NCBI GenBank assembly: GCA_050173715.1
Contig: JBFXKO010000020.1
Coordinates: 855 to 64,854 of the forward strand
DNA length: 64,000 nt
Direction: 5' to 3'
Origin: Sedimentibacter sp.
GTDB taxonomy: Bacteria > Bacillota > Clostridia > Tissierellales > Sedimentibacteraceae
Under the pieces are notes generated by a model. It was not told the origin of the DNA. It saw only the letters and a list, made by a program, of their open reading frames with translations, and did no database searches. This document shows, piece after piece, positions 51,010 to 61,184 of the stretch. How positions within the stretch are numbered: the first letter of the stretch is position 1; every line of letters starts with the position of its first letter. The position numbers and the translations under genes were made by a program.

Positions 51010-51178
51010 GTATTTTATATTTGCACATTTTGTTAAATATTACATGTGTCGAAATATATTGCATATTGTATGAAAAATTTATTTATGTTAGAATTATTAT
51101 AGATTAATCATATTTTTATTCAAAATAAATAATATGTAATGGGTATGGCTTACATATCTAAAATACTAAGGAGGACTT

Positions 51179-52954
51179 ATGTTTAATAAGGCAAAAAAAG
51201 CAATACTCATATTATTACTGGCAACAACATTAACAGCATGCACCGAGCAGGTGAGTGCAAATCCCCCCATACCCCAGGAAGAACCAAATCAATCTGAAGT
51301 TGAAGTTGTGCCATCTGAACCGGAGCTTACGGAAGAAGAAAAAGCCCAGCTTGAATTAGAAAAAAAACTAGCTGAAAGAGAAGAATTGGAAATTAAGCGA
51401 AAAAATGAGCTCGGTGAATTTTATGTTCCTTTAGTACCCATAGGACAAGAAAGAGAAAAGAAATCGGTTGATGTCAAAGCATTGTATGCTACAGGCCACA
51501 CAGCCGGAAATTCTCTGAGCAAAGAAAATATAGATGCCTATGGAGCATATGTAAAAGCTCTATCTGAAAATGATACTTTAAAAGCAAAGGAACTTTTGCC
51601 TCAAGCCGAAAAAGCCAATAAGTTTGAAAGGATTATCGGCATTGCGGCAGGAACCGAAATAAACGGACTTGTAATCAATGTAAAAGATGACAATGGATTT
51701 ATAACATACGAAAGCAATGTTGAAGTGATCCAGAAAATGAATGAAAAAACACCGATTCCAATAGATGATGTAAAAAATATGCTTCAAGTTTTGTCTGACT
51801 ATGATGTTTATACAATCGGAAGAATTGTTGCATTTAAAGATAAGAACTTTGCAGTTCAAAACCCTGAACATTCTATTCAGTTAAAGTCAGGAGGAACATG
51901 GCTTGATCCAAACAGCGGAAACATACCATGGATAAATCCATTTGACCAGTACGTATGGGATTACAATGTGGCAATCGCAAAGGAAGCTGCATTATTGGGT
52001 TTTGATGAAATACAATTTGATTATGTAAGATTCCCTGATGGAGCTAAAAAATACAACTCCATTACAGAATTTCCTGGCAGAAATGGAAGAGACAAAGATG
52101 AAGCAATAGCAGAATTTCTGCAGTATGCTAAAAAAGAGTTGGAACCCTACAATGTTAATTTAGGTGCAGATGTTTTCGGCATAATTACAAGAACATGGGA
52201 TGATTATCCTGAAGATATAGGACAGACATGGATTTTAATGGGAGAACATGTTGACAATTTGGCGCCAATGGTTTATCCAAGCCACTATTCTACAGGCTGG
52301 TACAATCTAGAAAACCCAAATGCTCATCCATACCTTGTTGTAAAGGGAGCAATGGAAGAAGCTGTTGAAAAAAACGCAGCAATGGAAAACCCACCTGTTA
52401 TAAGACCTTGGATTCAAGACTTTGACTGGGCAGGTATAGAATATGGCCCTGCAAAGGTAAGAGATCAGATAATAGCAGCAAAGGAGCTTGGTATAACAGA
52501 ATATATGATTTGGAATCCAAGCAATGCATATGACCCATACGCATTCATGTTGTCTGATAAAGAAGAAACTACAACGTATCCTTTTGACAAGGGAGAATTG
52601 GATTACAGAGAAAAATCACCTGCAGATTCAGCAGACAAATATTTGTCTGGAATGCTTCAAGATAGATACAGCTATATGTATTTAATGGAACCTGTTAAGG
52701 ATAGAGTGAAGGATTTTGATGAATACGCAAATCTCAAGGCAACAAGCAACATCAAGTTGTTAAACTACAAGGTTAAAAGCTATCAAATGGATCCAAGCAG
52801 CATGGACAAGGCAACAGTTCAATTATATTATAAAATTGAAGTTACTGACGGTGACGTAAAACAAGTGATTGAAAAGGATAAGGAGTGGATTGCAGCGAAA
52901 GAAAATAACATATGGAAAATAAAGGCTGAATTTGACACTTCTTTAGATCAATAA
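51179..52954 (+). CDS. Lipoprotein with putative glycoside hydrolase domain (DUF4015-like)
   Basis: Lipobox LTAC; GFDEIQFDYVRFP, APMVYPSHY, RPWIQDF motifs. Confidence 0.85.
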   Translation: MFNKAKKAILILLLATTLTACTEQVSANPPIPQEEPNQSEVEVVPSEPELTEEEKAQLELEKKLAEREELEIKRKNELGEFYVPLVPIGQEREKKSVDVKALYATGHTAGNSLSKENIDAYGAYVKALSENDTLKAKELLPQAEKANKFERIIGIAAGTEINGLVINVKDDNGFITYESNVEVIQKMNEKTPIPIDDVKNMLQVLSDYDVYTIGRIVAFKDKNFAVQNPEHSIQLKSGGTWLDPNSGNIPWINPFDQYVWDYNVAIAKEAALLGFDEIQFDYVRFPDGAKKYNSITEFPGRNGRDKDEAIAEFLQYAKKELEPYNVNLGADVFGIITRTWDDYPEDIGQTWILMGEHVDNLAPMVYPSHYSTGWYNLENPNAHPYLVVKGAMEEAVEKNAAMENPPVIRPWIQDFDWAGIEYGPAKVRDQIIAAKELGITEYMIWNPSNAYDPYAFMLSDKEETTTYPFDKGELDYREKSPADSADKYLSGMLQDRYSYMYLMEPVKDRVKDFDEYANLKATSNIKLLNYKVKSYQMDPSSMDKATVQLYYKIEVTDGDVKQVIEKDKEWIAAKENNIWKIKAEFDTSLDQ

Positions 52955-53147
52955 AATATTAGTTAAAATAATAATTATATGGAACGATATTTTGTCGTTC
53001 CATATTTTTGTGCGTAAGTTTAATACTTGTGTAATAAATAACAAAACAAAATACTTGACAACAATGAATTTATTGTTATAATAAATTTTATATATTTAAA
53101 AACATATTGTTATAATTACAAATTTATATATGGAAGAAGGTATTATT

Positions 53148-54161
53148 ATGAAAAAGTACAATGTAGCAATTTTAGGAGCAACAGGTGCGGTTGGCCAAGA
53201 AATGCTTAAGGTATTGGGAGAAAGAGATTTTCCCTACGGAGAGCTTAAGTTGTTGGCAAGTAAGAGAAGCGCCGGTGATGAGGTTGATTTTTTAGGAAAA
53301 AAATATGTCATTGAAGAAGCTACAGAAAATTCATTTGAAAATGTTCAAGTGGTTTTGTGTGCCGCAGAAAACTATATAAGTGAAGCTCTTTCACCTGCTG
53401 CTGTAAAAGCAGGGGCAGTTGTTATTGACAACTCTTCTGCATTTAGATTGAATGATGACGTACCATTGGTGGTTCCTGAGGTAAATGCTGAAGACGTTAA
53501 AAAACATAATGGAATAATAGCAAATCCTAACTGTTCAACAATTATAGCACTTACAGCATTAAATGAACTGAATAAATATGCTAAGGTTAACCGTATGATA
53601 GTATCTACATTCCAAGCAGTTTCCGGTGCTGGAGTCAACGGAATAAAGGAATTAGACCAACAGATAAAAAATATAAGCGAAGGTAATCCTATAGAGATAA
53701 AAACATTCCAGCATCAGATAGCGTACAATGTAATACCGCAAATAGGTAATTTTGATGAAATGGGATATTCACAAGAAGAAATGAAGCTACAAAATGAAGG
53801 AAGAAAAATCCTCCACAATCCTGAATTAAAGGTTAACTGCACATGTGTTAGAGTTCCTGTGTACAGAAGTCACTCTGAATCAATAACTATTGAAACTGAA
53901 AAAGAACTATCTCCTGAAAAAGCAAAAGAACTGCTGGCTAAGGCAGATGGAGTTAAATTAGTAGATGATTTGGCAAACAAACAATATCCAATGCCTCTTG
54001 ATACATCAAATCAAGATTTAATTTATGTAGGGAGAATAAGAAAAGATATTAGTAACGACAATTCCTTAGTACTCTGGTGCTGCGGCGACCAGGTAAGAAA
54101 AGGTGCAGCGACAAATGCAGTTCAAATAGCAGAAGTGCTGGTAAAGGAAAATTTAATATAA
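53148..54161 (+). CDS. asd: Aspartate-semialdehyde dehydrogenase
   Basis: GATGAVG, NPNCST, CVRVPVYRSHSE, RKGAATNAVQ motifs. Confidence 0.96.
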   Translation: MKKYNVAILGATGAVGQEMLKVLGERDFPYGELKLLASKRSAGDEVDFLGKKYVIEEATENSFENVQVVLCAAENYISEALSPAAVKAGAVVIDNSSAFRLNDDVPLVVPEVNAEDVKKHNGIIANPNCSTIIALTALNELNKYAKVNRMIVSTFQAVSGAGVNGIKELDQQIKNISEGNPIEIKTFQHQIAYNVIPQIGNFDEMGYSQEEMKLQNEGRKILHNPELKVNCTCVRVPVYRSHSESITIETEKELSPEKAKELLAKADGVKLVDDLANKQYPMPLDTSNQDLIYVGRIRKDISNDNSLVLWCCGDQVRKGAATNAVQIAEVLVKENLI

Positions 54162-54250
54162 CTATTTAAGGGCGATTATGTCGCTCTTTTATTTTGTAAA
54201 ATTTCTGTACAAATGTTCGATTTTATGGTATATTTTATAGGGACAGGGAG

Positions 54251-55483
54251 GTGACAACATTGGAAATTATAATAATTGGTTTGCTCGCAATAACAATAAT
54301 ATTCAACATAATATTGTTGATTAAGCTTAATAAAAACCAAGATGATCACATGATATCAGAAATAAAATTAAATTTAAGTCAAAACAATCTTCATTTAATT
54401 GACCAGGTATCAAAAAAAATATCAGATTCAGAGCAAAAGCAGCTGAGAGAAATACTTACCAACAAGCTTGAAACTGTTGAGAGACTTCAAAAAAGCACTA
54501 ATAAAATGACTGAAGCATTCATGAATTTCAGCGGGGAAACATCAAAGACATTAAATGAAAATTTCGCTTCTTTAAACGACAAAGTTAGCTATAGCTTAGA
54601 TAAAATCAATATTCGCGTTGAAGAAAGACTCAATGAAGGCTTTGAAAAAACTAACAAGACATTTGTAAATATTTTAGAGAGGCTTTCAAAAATTGATGAA
54701 GCTCAGAAAAAAATAGACAGCCTTTCAACTAACATAGTATCCCTGCAAGATGTATTGACAGATAAAAAAAGCAGAGGCACATTTGGGGAAGTGCAGCTTA
54801 ATCACATATTGACTAGTGTGTTTGGGGAAAATAACAATAAAGTATATGAAATTCAAAAAAAATTAACCAACAGCATGATTGCAGATGCTGTGCTTTATAT
54901 TCCCGAGCCTGTTGGTATGCTTTGTGTGGATTCAAAATTCCCTTTGGAAAATTATCAGCGAATGATAGACAAAAGCATTTCTGATTCTGAAAGAAAGAAC
55001 TATGAAAGAGATTTTAAAATAAATGTAAAAAAACATATTAACGATATTTCATCTAAATACATAATAAATGGAGTAACATCAGAACAAGCAATAATGTTTC
55101 TTCCAGCTGAAGCCATATTTGCAGAAATAAATGCCTATCATCAGGATTTAATTGATTATGCAGGCTCTAAGAAGGTTTGGATTGCATCTCCAACAACGCT
55201 AATGTCAGTTTTGTCAACAGTGCAGGTTGTATTAAGAAACCTTGAAAGAGAAAAGTATGCGTCCATAATTCATGAGGAGCTTAACAATTTAGGAAGAGAA
55301 TTTAAACTGTATAAAGACAGATGGGATTCACTGGCTAAGGACATTAAGAGGGTGTCAGATGATGTGGATAAAATCCATATTACATCAAATAAAATAGAAA
55401 AGAAATTTGACAAAATATCAAAGGTAGAAATGAACGATTTTGATGAACAAGACAATGTAAAAGGTGCATTAGCTGAAAATTAA
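54251..55483 (+). CDS. rmuC: DNA recombination protein RmuC
   Basis: TM anchor, coiled coil, KSRGTFGEVQL, DSKFPLENY, MFLPAEAIF motifs. Confidence 0.92.
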   Translation: MTTLEIIIIGLLAITIIFNIILLIKLNKNQDDHMISEIKLNLSQNNLHLIDQVSKKISDSEQKQLREILTNKLETVERLQKSTNKMTEAFMNFSGETSKTLNENFASLNDKVSYSLDKINIRVEERLNEGFEKTNKTFVNILERLSKIDEAQKKIDSLSTNIVSLQDVLTDKKSRGTFGEVQLNHILTSVFGENNNKVYEIQKKLTNSMIADAVLYIPEPVGMLCVDSKFPLENYQRMIDKSISDSERKNYERDFKINVKKHINDISSKYIINGVTSEQAIMFLPAEAIFAEINAYHQDLIDYAGSKKVWIASPTTLMSVLSTVQVVLRNLEREKYASIIHEELNNLGREFKLYKDRWDSLAKDIKRVSDDVDKIHITSNKIEKKFDKISKVEMNDFDEQDNVKGALAEN

Positions 55484-55609
55484 GTTACATAAAATCTATG
55501 TAATTAAATTATATAAAAATTGTAAAAATTACCACCTTAAAATATATAAAATGTTAAAAATATCTCTTGATTTTTACATTTCAATGTGTTAATATCTTAA
55601 AGTGGTTAA

Positions 55610-55695
55610 GCCGTAGTGATGGAATGGCAGACGTGACGGACTCAAAATCCGTTGGTGGCAACACCGTGGGGGTTCAAGTCCCTTCTACGGCACCA
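55610..55695 (+). tRNA. tRNA-Leu (CAA)
   Basis: Acceptor GCCGTAG/CTACGGC, anticodon arm ACGGA-CTCAAAA-TCCGT, long variable arm, GTTCAAGTC T-loop, encoded CCA; promoter TTGATT-N17-TAATAT at 55567-55595. Confidence 0.96.
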
Positions 55696-55699
55696 AATA

Positions 55700-55825
55700 T
55701 GCGACAAGGGTCGCAATGAACATGGAACAGTGAGCACTTAACAATGAACAATAGATATGCAATTATAAAATTTTGCATATTTGTACTATTCATTGTTCAG
55801 TGTTCATTTTTCATTGTTCAATTAT
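55700..55825. repeat. Palindromic element built from AATGAAC/GTTCATT heptamers
   Basis: Hairpin TGCGAC-AAGG-GTCGCA; left arm AATGAAC ATGGAAC AGTGAGC ACTTAAC AATGAAC; inner stem ATATGCAA/TTGCATAT; right arm TTCATT GTTCAGT GTTCATT TTTCATT GTTCAAT. Confidence 0.8.
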
Positions 55826-55829
55826 TTAT

Positions 55830-57200
55830 TTATCTTAACGTACTGTTCTCATCCAATATCCTATTAATTTGCATAGCGAATGTTATGGATGTAACTGATG
55901 CTGCAATGAAATCTGAAACAGGTTCTGCAAGGAATACTGCAAATACTTTGTTTTGAAAGAAGTTAGGCAATATAAATATTAATGGAATAAGCAGTACTAT
56001 TTTTCTAAGTAATGCTAAAAACATTGATACCTTTGCTTGCCCTAAAGCAACAAATGTCTGCTGGCATGAATTCTGGGCTGCCATAACAAATGCAGTTGCC
56101 ATATAAATACGTGCTGCCCACACAGCGTAGGTCTTTAAATCAGGGTCATTGGTAAATACTGAAACAAAAGCATCTGTAAATATCATCATTAAAAGCCACA
56201 TTATTATTGTGTAGGTAAAGGCGCTTTTTATGAGAAGCTTAAACGTGTTTTTAACTCTTTCATTATTTTTTGCTCCATAATTATAGCTTGTTATAGGCTG
56301 GGCTCCCTGTGTTAGTCCAACTAATGGAAGATGTAAAATTTGCATTAAGCTAGACAATATGGTCATGGAGCCTACGGCTACATCACCGCCGTACTTTTGA
56401 AGAGAAAAATTAAATGCAATATTTAACAAACCTTCTGTGCTTAACATAATAAATGGTGACATGCCTAGTGCTAAGATAGGTAAAATAACAACTCTTTCAA
56501 TTTTTAAGTTTTCTCTTTTAATTTTTAATTTTGTTTTATTGCCTGTTAAAAATTTTAAAACCCATACAGCTGACAGTGCTTGAGATAATACAGTAGCAAT
56601 TGCGGCGCCCCTCACTCCCATGTTAAACCCAAATATTAATATGGGGTCAAGGATTATATTTGTAACAGCTCCTATAATAACTGTCAACATGCTGAATTTA
56701 GCATATCCCTGTGTGGAAATAAAGCTGTTTAATCCTAATGTTAGCTGTACAAAAATGGTTCCACAAACATATATGTTTAAATATTCTAATCCATATTGAA
56801 TTGTATCAGAAGAGGCACCGAAAATCCATAAAAGCTCCTCGCCCAAAATTAAAAATATAATGCTCAAGGATACTGATATTATCAGTAAGGAAGAAAAGCA
56901 GTTGCCTAATATTTTTTCTGCCTCCCTATCATTTTGCTCACCCATTTTAATTGCTGCTCTTGGCGCTCCACCCATTCCTATAAGACTGCTGAAGGCTGAA
57001 ATTACTATTATTATTGGCATAGTTATACCCACACCCGTCAATGCATCTGAGCCTATATCCGCCATATGACCTATATATATTCTGTCAACAATATTGTAAA
57101 GCATATTCACCAGCTGTGCGGTTATAGAGGGTATTGCAAGACTAAAAAGAAGTTTTCCTATATTTTCTGTCCCTAATTTATTATTTCTGTCAGTATTCAT
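55830..57200 (-). CDS. MATE family efflux transporter
   Basis: LYNIVDRIYIG, NIILDPILIF, QPITSYNYGA motifs; about 12 TM. Confidence 0.93.
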   Translation of the reverse strand: MNTDRNNKLGTENIGKLLFSLAIPSITAQLVNMLYNIVDRIYIGHMADIGSDALTGVGITMPIIIVISAFSSLIGMGGAPRAAIKMGEQNDREAEKILGNCFSSLLIISVSLSIIFLILGEELLWIFGASSDTIQYGLEYLNIYVCGTIFVQLTLGLNSFISTQGYAKFSMLTVIIGAVTNIILDPILIFGFNMGVRGAAIATVLSQALSAVWVLKFLTGNKTKLKIKRENLKIERVVILPILALGMSPFIMLSTEGLLNIAFNFSLQKYGGDVAVGSMTILSSLMQILHLPLVGLTQGAQPITSYNYGAKNNERVKNTFKLLIKSAFTYTIIMWLLMMIFTDAFVSVFTNDPDLKTYAVWAARIYMATAFVMAAQNSCQQTFVALGQAKVSMFLALLRKIVLLIPLIFILPNFFQNKVFAVFLAEPVSDFIAASVTSITFAMQINRILDENSTLR

Positions 57201-57441
57201 ATATTCTCCAGTCAAATTATTAGTTATAATATTCCGAATTTATATTATATAACCAATCAATTTTTCTTACAACATAATTATGAATAAAATTTCATTGTTA
57301 TTTGTATAACTTTTAATGAAATTTACATGAATACATGCTATAATTTATTATTGCAAAGCAACAAGGTTGATTTCTGTGCTGGGGTTATAATTGCGTAGCA
57401 ACAAGGTGCTGAGGTTCTTATTATAAAATTGGGGTAGTGCA

Positions 57442-59631
57442 ATGAAAACAGCTGTTGAATTATTAAAAAAATATTATGGGTACGATTCATTCAGGAAAGG
57501 ACAAAATGAAATAATTGAAAACATTTTGTCTCATAAGGATGTGCTGGCAATTATGCCTACCGGTGGTGGTAAGTCGCTTTGCTATCAAATACCTGCCATG
57601 ATAATGGAAGGAACTACTATAGTCATTTCACCACTTATTTCACTTATGAAGGATCAGGTGGATACCTTGAAGCAAATTGGTATACCATCGGCTTTTATTA
57701 ACAGTTCTTTGTCTTTACGTGAATTAAGACAAATTGTATATGAGGCTGAAGACAATAAATATAAGCTGTTATACGTGGCTCCTGAGAGGCTTGAATCTGA
57801 AAGCTTTATTGAAATGCTTAAAAATATTAAAATTTCTATGATAGCTGTTGATGAAGCTCATTGTGTTTCTCAGTGGGGTCATGATTTCAGACCTAGCTAT
57901 TTGAAAATTAAAAATTTAAGAGATTTAACCTTTAATAATCCGGTAGTATCTGCGTTTACAGCAACTGCAACACCTGAAGTAAAAGAAGATATCATTAATT
58001 TAATAGGATTAAATGAACATTATGAAGTAATTACTGGTTTTGACAGAGAAAATTTAAAGTTTAATGTTGAAAGAACTAATAAAAAGCTTCCTTACATATT
58101 AAAATATATTGAAGAATATAAGGGCAAATCAGGCATTATTTACTGCCTTACTAGAAAATTAACGGATGATGTATGCGCTAGGCTAGTTAAAGAAGGTTAT
58201 AAGGCTGTTAAATATCACGCAGGCTTAAGTGATGTAGAAAGAAGTAAGAATCAGGATGATTTTTTATATGACAATGCTGATATAATGGTTGCAACAAATG
58301 CTTTTGGTATGGGTATAGATAAGCTTGATATAAGGTATGTTATTCATTATAACATGCCTAAAAATATTGAGTCATATTACCAGGAAGCAGGAAGGGCAGG
58401 CAGAGATGGAGAGCCTTCAGATTGCATTTTATTGTTCAGTCCCCAGGACATAGTTATGAACAATTTTCTAATAGAAAACAGCATCAGTGATTTTAATTCA
58501 AAATCAAATGAATACTCAAAGCTTAGGGATATGATTAATTACTGCAATACTGATAAATGTTTGAGAAGATATCTCATAAGCTATTTTGATTCAAGTTATG
58601 ATAATGAAGAATGCAATAATTGCAGCAACTGTCTCAGCGAAATAGAAAGAAGTGACATAACAATTGAAACACAGAAAATTTTGTCCTGCATTTACAGAAT
58701 GGGTGAAAGATTCGGCAGTAATGTTGTTATAGATGTTTTGAAAGGAAGCTCAAATCAGCGAATAAAGTCCTTAAATTTCCATAAATTAAGCACATACGGA
58801 ATTATGAAGGAATATGACAAAGACACATTAAAGGAAATAATTTCGTATTTAATATCTGACGGTTATATAAATGTTGTAGGAGACAAATATCCTGTGCTTA
58901 ATATATCTCAGGTCGGTCATTATGTTTTGAAGGGAAAAGAAAATGTAATGATCAAAAAAGTTTTTGCCAAACAAGTTGACAACATTGTGTCTGTTCAATA
59001 CAACAAGGATTTGTTTAATGTTTTAAAGATTTTAAGAAAGGAATTAGCGGACAGCTTAAAGGTACCTCCCTTTATTGTTTTCTCAGATGCAGCATTAAAG
59101 GATATGTGTGTAAAATATCCATTAAATAAAAAAGAATTCCTTAAAGTGTCAGGGGTTGGTGAAGTCAAAGCCGAAAAATATGGCAGCAAATTCATTGATG
59201 CAATAAATGATTATGTGCAAAAAAACAACATAAATGTTGATGATCTTAAAAAAAGCACAGACTCTGGTAATGATACTAAAAAAATTAATGAAATTATAAA
59301 AAATGATACTGAATTAAAATCTAAAAAAGAAGATACCAGAACAATCAGCTACAACCTATATAAAGAAGGGAAAGGTTTAGAGGAAATTGCAAAAGAAAGA
59401 AATTTATCATTAACTACAATTGAAGGACATTTGACAGATTGCGCTAAGCTTGGATTCGAAATTAATTACAGAGAATTTGTATCAGAGGAAACTGAAAAGC
59501 TAATAATCAAAGTATATAAGGAAATTGGCGGAGATAGACTAAAACCAATAAAGGAAGCGTTGCCGCCTGAAATAACATATACGGAAATTAAATTTGCACT
59601 GGCAAGCTTAACAGGAGAAAAAAATGAGTAA
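57442..59631 (+). CDS. recQ: DNA helicase RecQ
   Basis: PTGGGKS, DEAH, SQWGHDFRP, QEAGRAGRDG; RQC, HRDC and C-terminal HTH domains. Confidence 0.96.
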   Translation: MKTAVELLKKYYGYDSFRKGQNEIIENILSHKDVLAIMPTGGGKSLCYQIPAMIMEGTTIVISPLISLMKDQVDTLKQIGIPSAFINSSLSLRELRQIVYEAEDNKYKLLYVAPERLESESFIEMLKNIKISMIAVDEAHCVSQWGHDFRPSYLKIKNLRDLTFNNPVVSAFTATATPEVKEDIINLIGLNEHYEVITGFDRENLKFNVERTNKKLPYILKYIEEYKGKSGIIYCLTRKLTDDVCARLVKEGYKAVKYHAGLSDVERSKNQDDFLYDNADIMVATNAFGMGIDKLDIRYVIHYNMPKNIESYYQEAGRAGRDGEPSDCILLFSPQDIVMNNFLIENSISDFNSKSNEYSKLRDMINYCNTDKCLRRYLISYFDSSYDNEECNNCSNCLSEIERSDITIETQKILSCIYRMGERFGSNVVIDVLKGSSNQRIKSLNFHKLSTYGIMKEYDKDTLKEIISYLISDGYINVVGDKYPVLNISQVGHYVLKGKENVMIKKVFAKQVDNIVSVQYNKDLFNVLKILRKELADSLKVPPFIVFSDAALKDMCVKYPLNKKEFLKVSGVGEVKAEKYGSKFIDAINDYVQKNNINVDDLKKSTDSGNDTKKINEIIKNDTELKSKKEDTRTISYNLYKEGKGLEEIAKERNLSLTTIEGHLTDCAKLGFEINYREFVSEETEKLIIKVYKEIGGDRLKPIKEALPPEITYTEIKFALASLTGEKNE

Positions 59632-60487
59632 ATTATACGTGGTTCCTACGCCCATAGGAAACTTAAGCGATATGACAGAAAGGGCAATAGAAACTTTAAG
59701 AGAAAGTGATTTAATTTTAGCTGAGGATACAAGGCATACGCAAAAGCTTTTAAATTTTTTTGATATTAAATCACGGTTGGTTTCATACCATAAATTCAAT
59801 GAAAAAAGCAGAAGTCAAGAGATTATAAGTGAAATTATTGAAGACAACAAAACGGTTTCGCTGGTAACTGATGCAGGAACACCTTGCATTTCTGACCCTG
59901 GCTACGAGCTTGTTAAAAGTGCCAGGGAAGCCGGAATAGAAGTAATCGGGCTGGCAGGAGCTTCAGCTGTTACAATTGCTCTCTCTATTGCAGGAATAGA
60001 TACAAATCAATTTGCCTTCTATGGATTTTTACCAAGAAAGAAAAGCGAATTAGATGATGCTTTGAAAAATGTGAAGGAAAATTCAATTAAGACCTTTGTA
60101 CTTTATGAATCGCCAAAGCGAGTAATCAATTTAGTGGAAAGTATTAAAGAACACATGCCTAATGCTACATTGTGCGTTTGCAAGGAACTTACCAAGCTTC
60201 ATGAAAACACGTTTTATGGCAGTGTTGACTCCGTTATTGAACAGTTAAATAACCATGAGGATGTTGAAAGAGGAGAATATGTAATCGTAGGCTTCAACAA
60301 TGATTACCAGGAAAGGGATGAGATAGGCACTAAAACAAGCATACATGGAATATTGTTTGACAAATTATATCATAACAATTATTCTTTAAAAGAAGCAGTC
60401 AATGAAGTGGTAGAAGAAGGGCTGGCTGCAAAAAACGAAGTTTATAAGGCTTCATTAGATATAAAAAATTTCATAGAAAAGTATTGA
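59624..60487 (+). CDS. rsmI: 16S rRNA (cytidine1402-2'-O)-methyltransferase
   Basis: LYVVPTPIGNL, AEDTR, DAGTPCISDPG, YESP motifs. Confidence 0.95.
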   Translation: MSKLYVVPTPIGNLSDMTERAIETLRESDLILAEDTRHTQKLLNFFDIKSRLVSYHKFNEKSRSQEIISEIIEDNKTVSLVTDAGTPCISDPGYELVKSAREAGIEVIGLAGASAVTIALSIAGIDTNQFAFYGFLPRKKSELDDALKNVKENSIKTFVLYESPKRVINLVESIKEHMPNATLCVCKELTKLHENTFYGSVDSVIEQLNNHEDVERGEYVIVGFNNDYQERDEIGTKTSIHGILFDKLYHNNYSLKEAVNEVVEEGLAAKNEVYKASLDIKNFIEKY

Positions 60488-60497
60488 GAGGACAAAC

Positions 60498-61172
60498 ATG
60501 TTAGGGACAATTGTAAATTCATTGGCTGTATTAGTAGGCGGTATGATTGGAATTTTATTTAAAAGCGTTATTCCTGAAAAAATAACGGAAGCTCTTCTTA
60601 AAGCTGCCGGCTTGGCAGTAATCACAGTGGGCATTAAATTGAGTTTGGTTGGTGAAAACCTTACACTTTTAATAATGTCCATCATTATTGGTACAGCCAT
60701 AGGTGAGATGATTAATATTGAAGGAAGATTGGACAATCTTGGAGCATTTGTTGAAAGCAAAATGAAAAATAAACAAAGCAATGTGACATTGGGATTTGTA
60801 ACATGTACACTTATTTATTGTGTTGGTTCTATGTCTATAATGGGAGCAATTCAAAGCGGTTTGACAGGCAATCACGAAATATTGTTTTCAAAAGCGCTGC
60901 TTGACGGAATATTAGCCATTACTATGGCAGTTTCAATGGGAGTTGGTGTTGTTTTATCAAGTATAAGCATATTGTTATATCAGGGAACCATAACATTGCT
61001 TGCTCAGTTAATGCAGTCACTGTTAAGTGATGTAGTTGTAACAGAGATGACTGCCATAGGCGGAGTGTTGATTATGGCAATAGGTCTTAATTTTCTTGAA
61101 ATTAAACGTATCAAGGCGGGGAACATGCTACCTGCAATATTTTTACCAATTATTTATTTCTTGATTTTTTAA
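60498..61172 (+). CDS. DUF554 family membrane protein
   Basis: GTIVNSLAV, YCVGSMSIMG, KALLDG, NMLPA motifs. Confidence 0.9.
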   Translation: MLGTIVNSLAVLVGGMIGILFKSVIPEKITEALLKAAGLAVITVGIKLSLVGENLTLLIMSIIIGTAIGEMINIEGRLDNLGAFVESKMKNKQSNVTLGFVTCTLIYCVGSMSIMGAIQSGLTGNHEILFSKALLDGILAITMAVSMGVGVVLSSISILLYQGTITLLAQLMQSLLSDVVVTEMTAIGGVLIMAIGLNFLEIKRIKAGNMLPAIFLPIIYFLIF

Positions 61173-61184
61173 AAGAGGTGTAAA

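Noticed and set aside
50936-51064. N-terminal extensions in the ORF track (purA, nhaC, glnA, yaaH-like, aspS, pstB)
   Set aside because: Downstream ATGs have proper RBSs and match the family N-termini; the extensions run through promoter DNA
55700-55825. Possible CRISPR array or prophage/ICE attachment at tRNA-Leu
   Set aside because: Repeat units are 7 bp with no spacers; no cas genes, integrase or duplicated tRNA 3' end in the window
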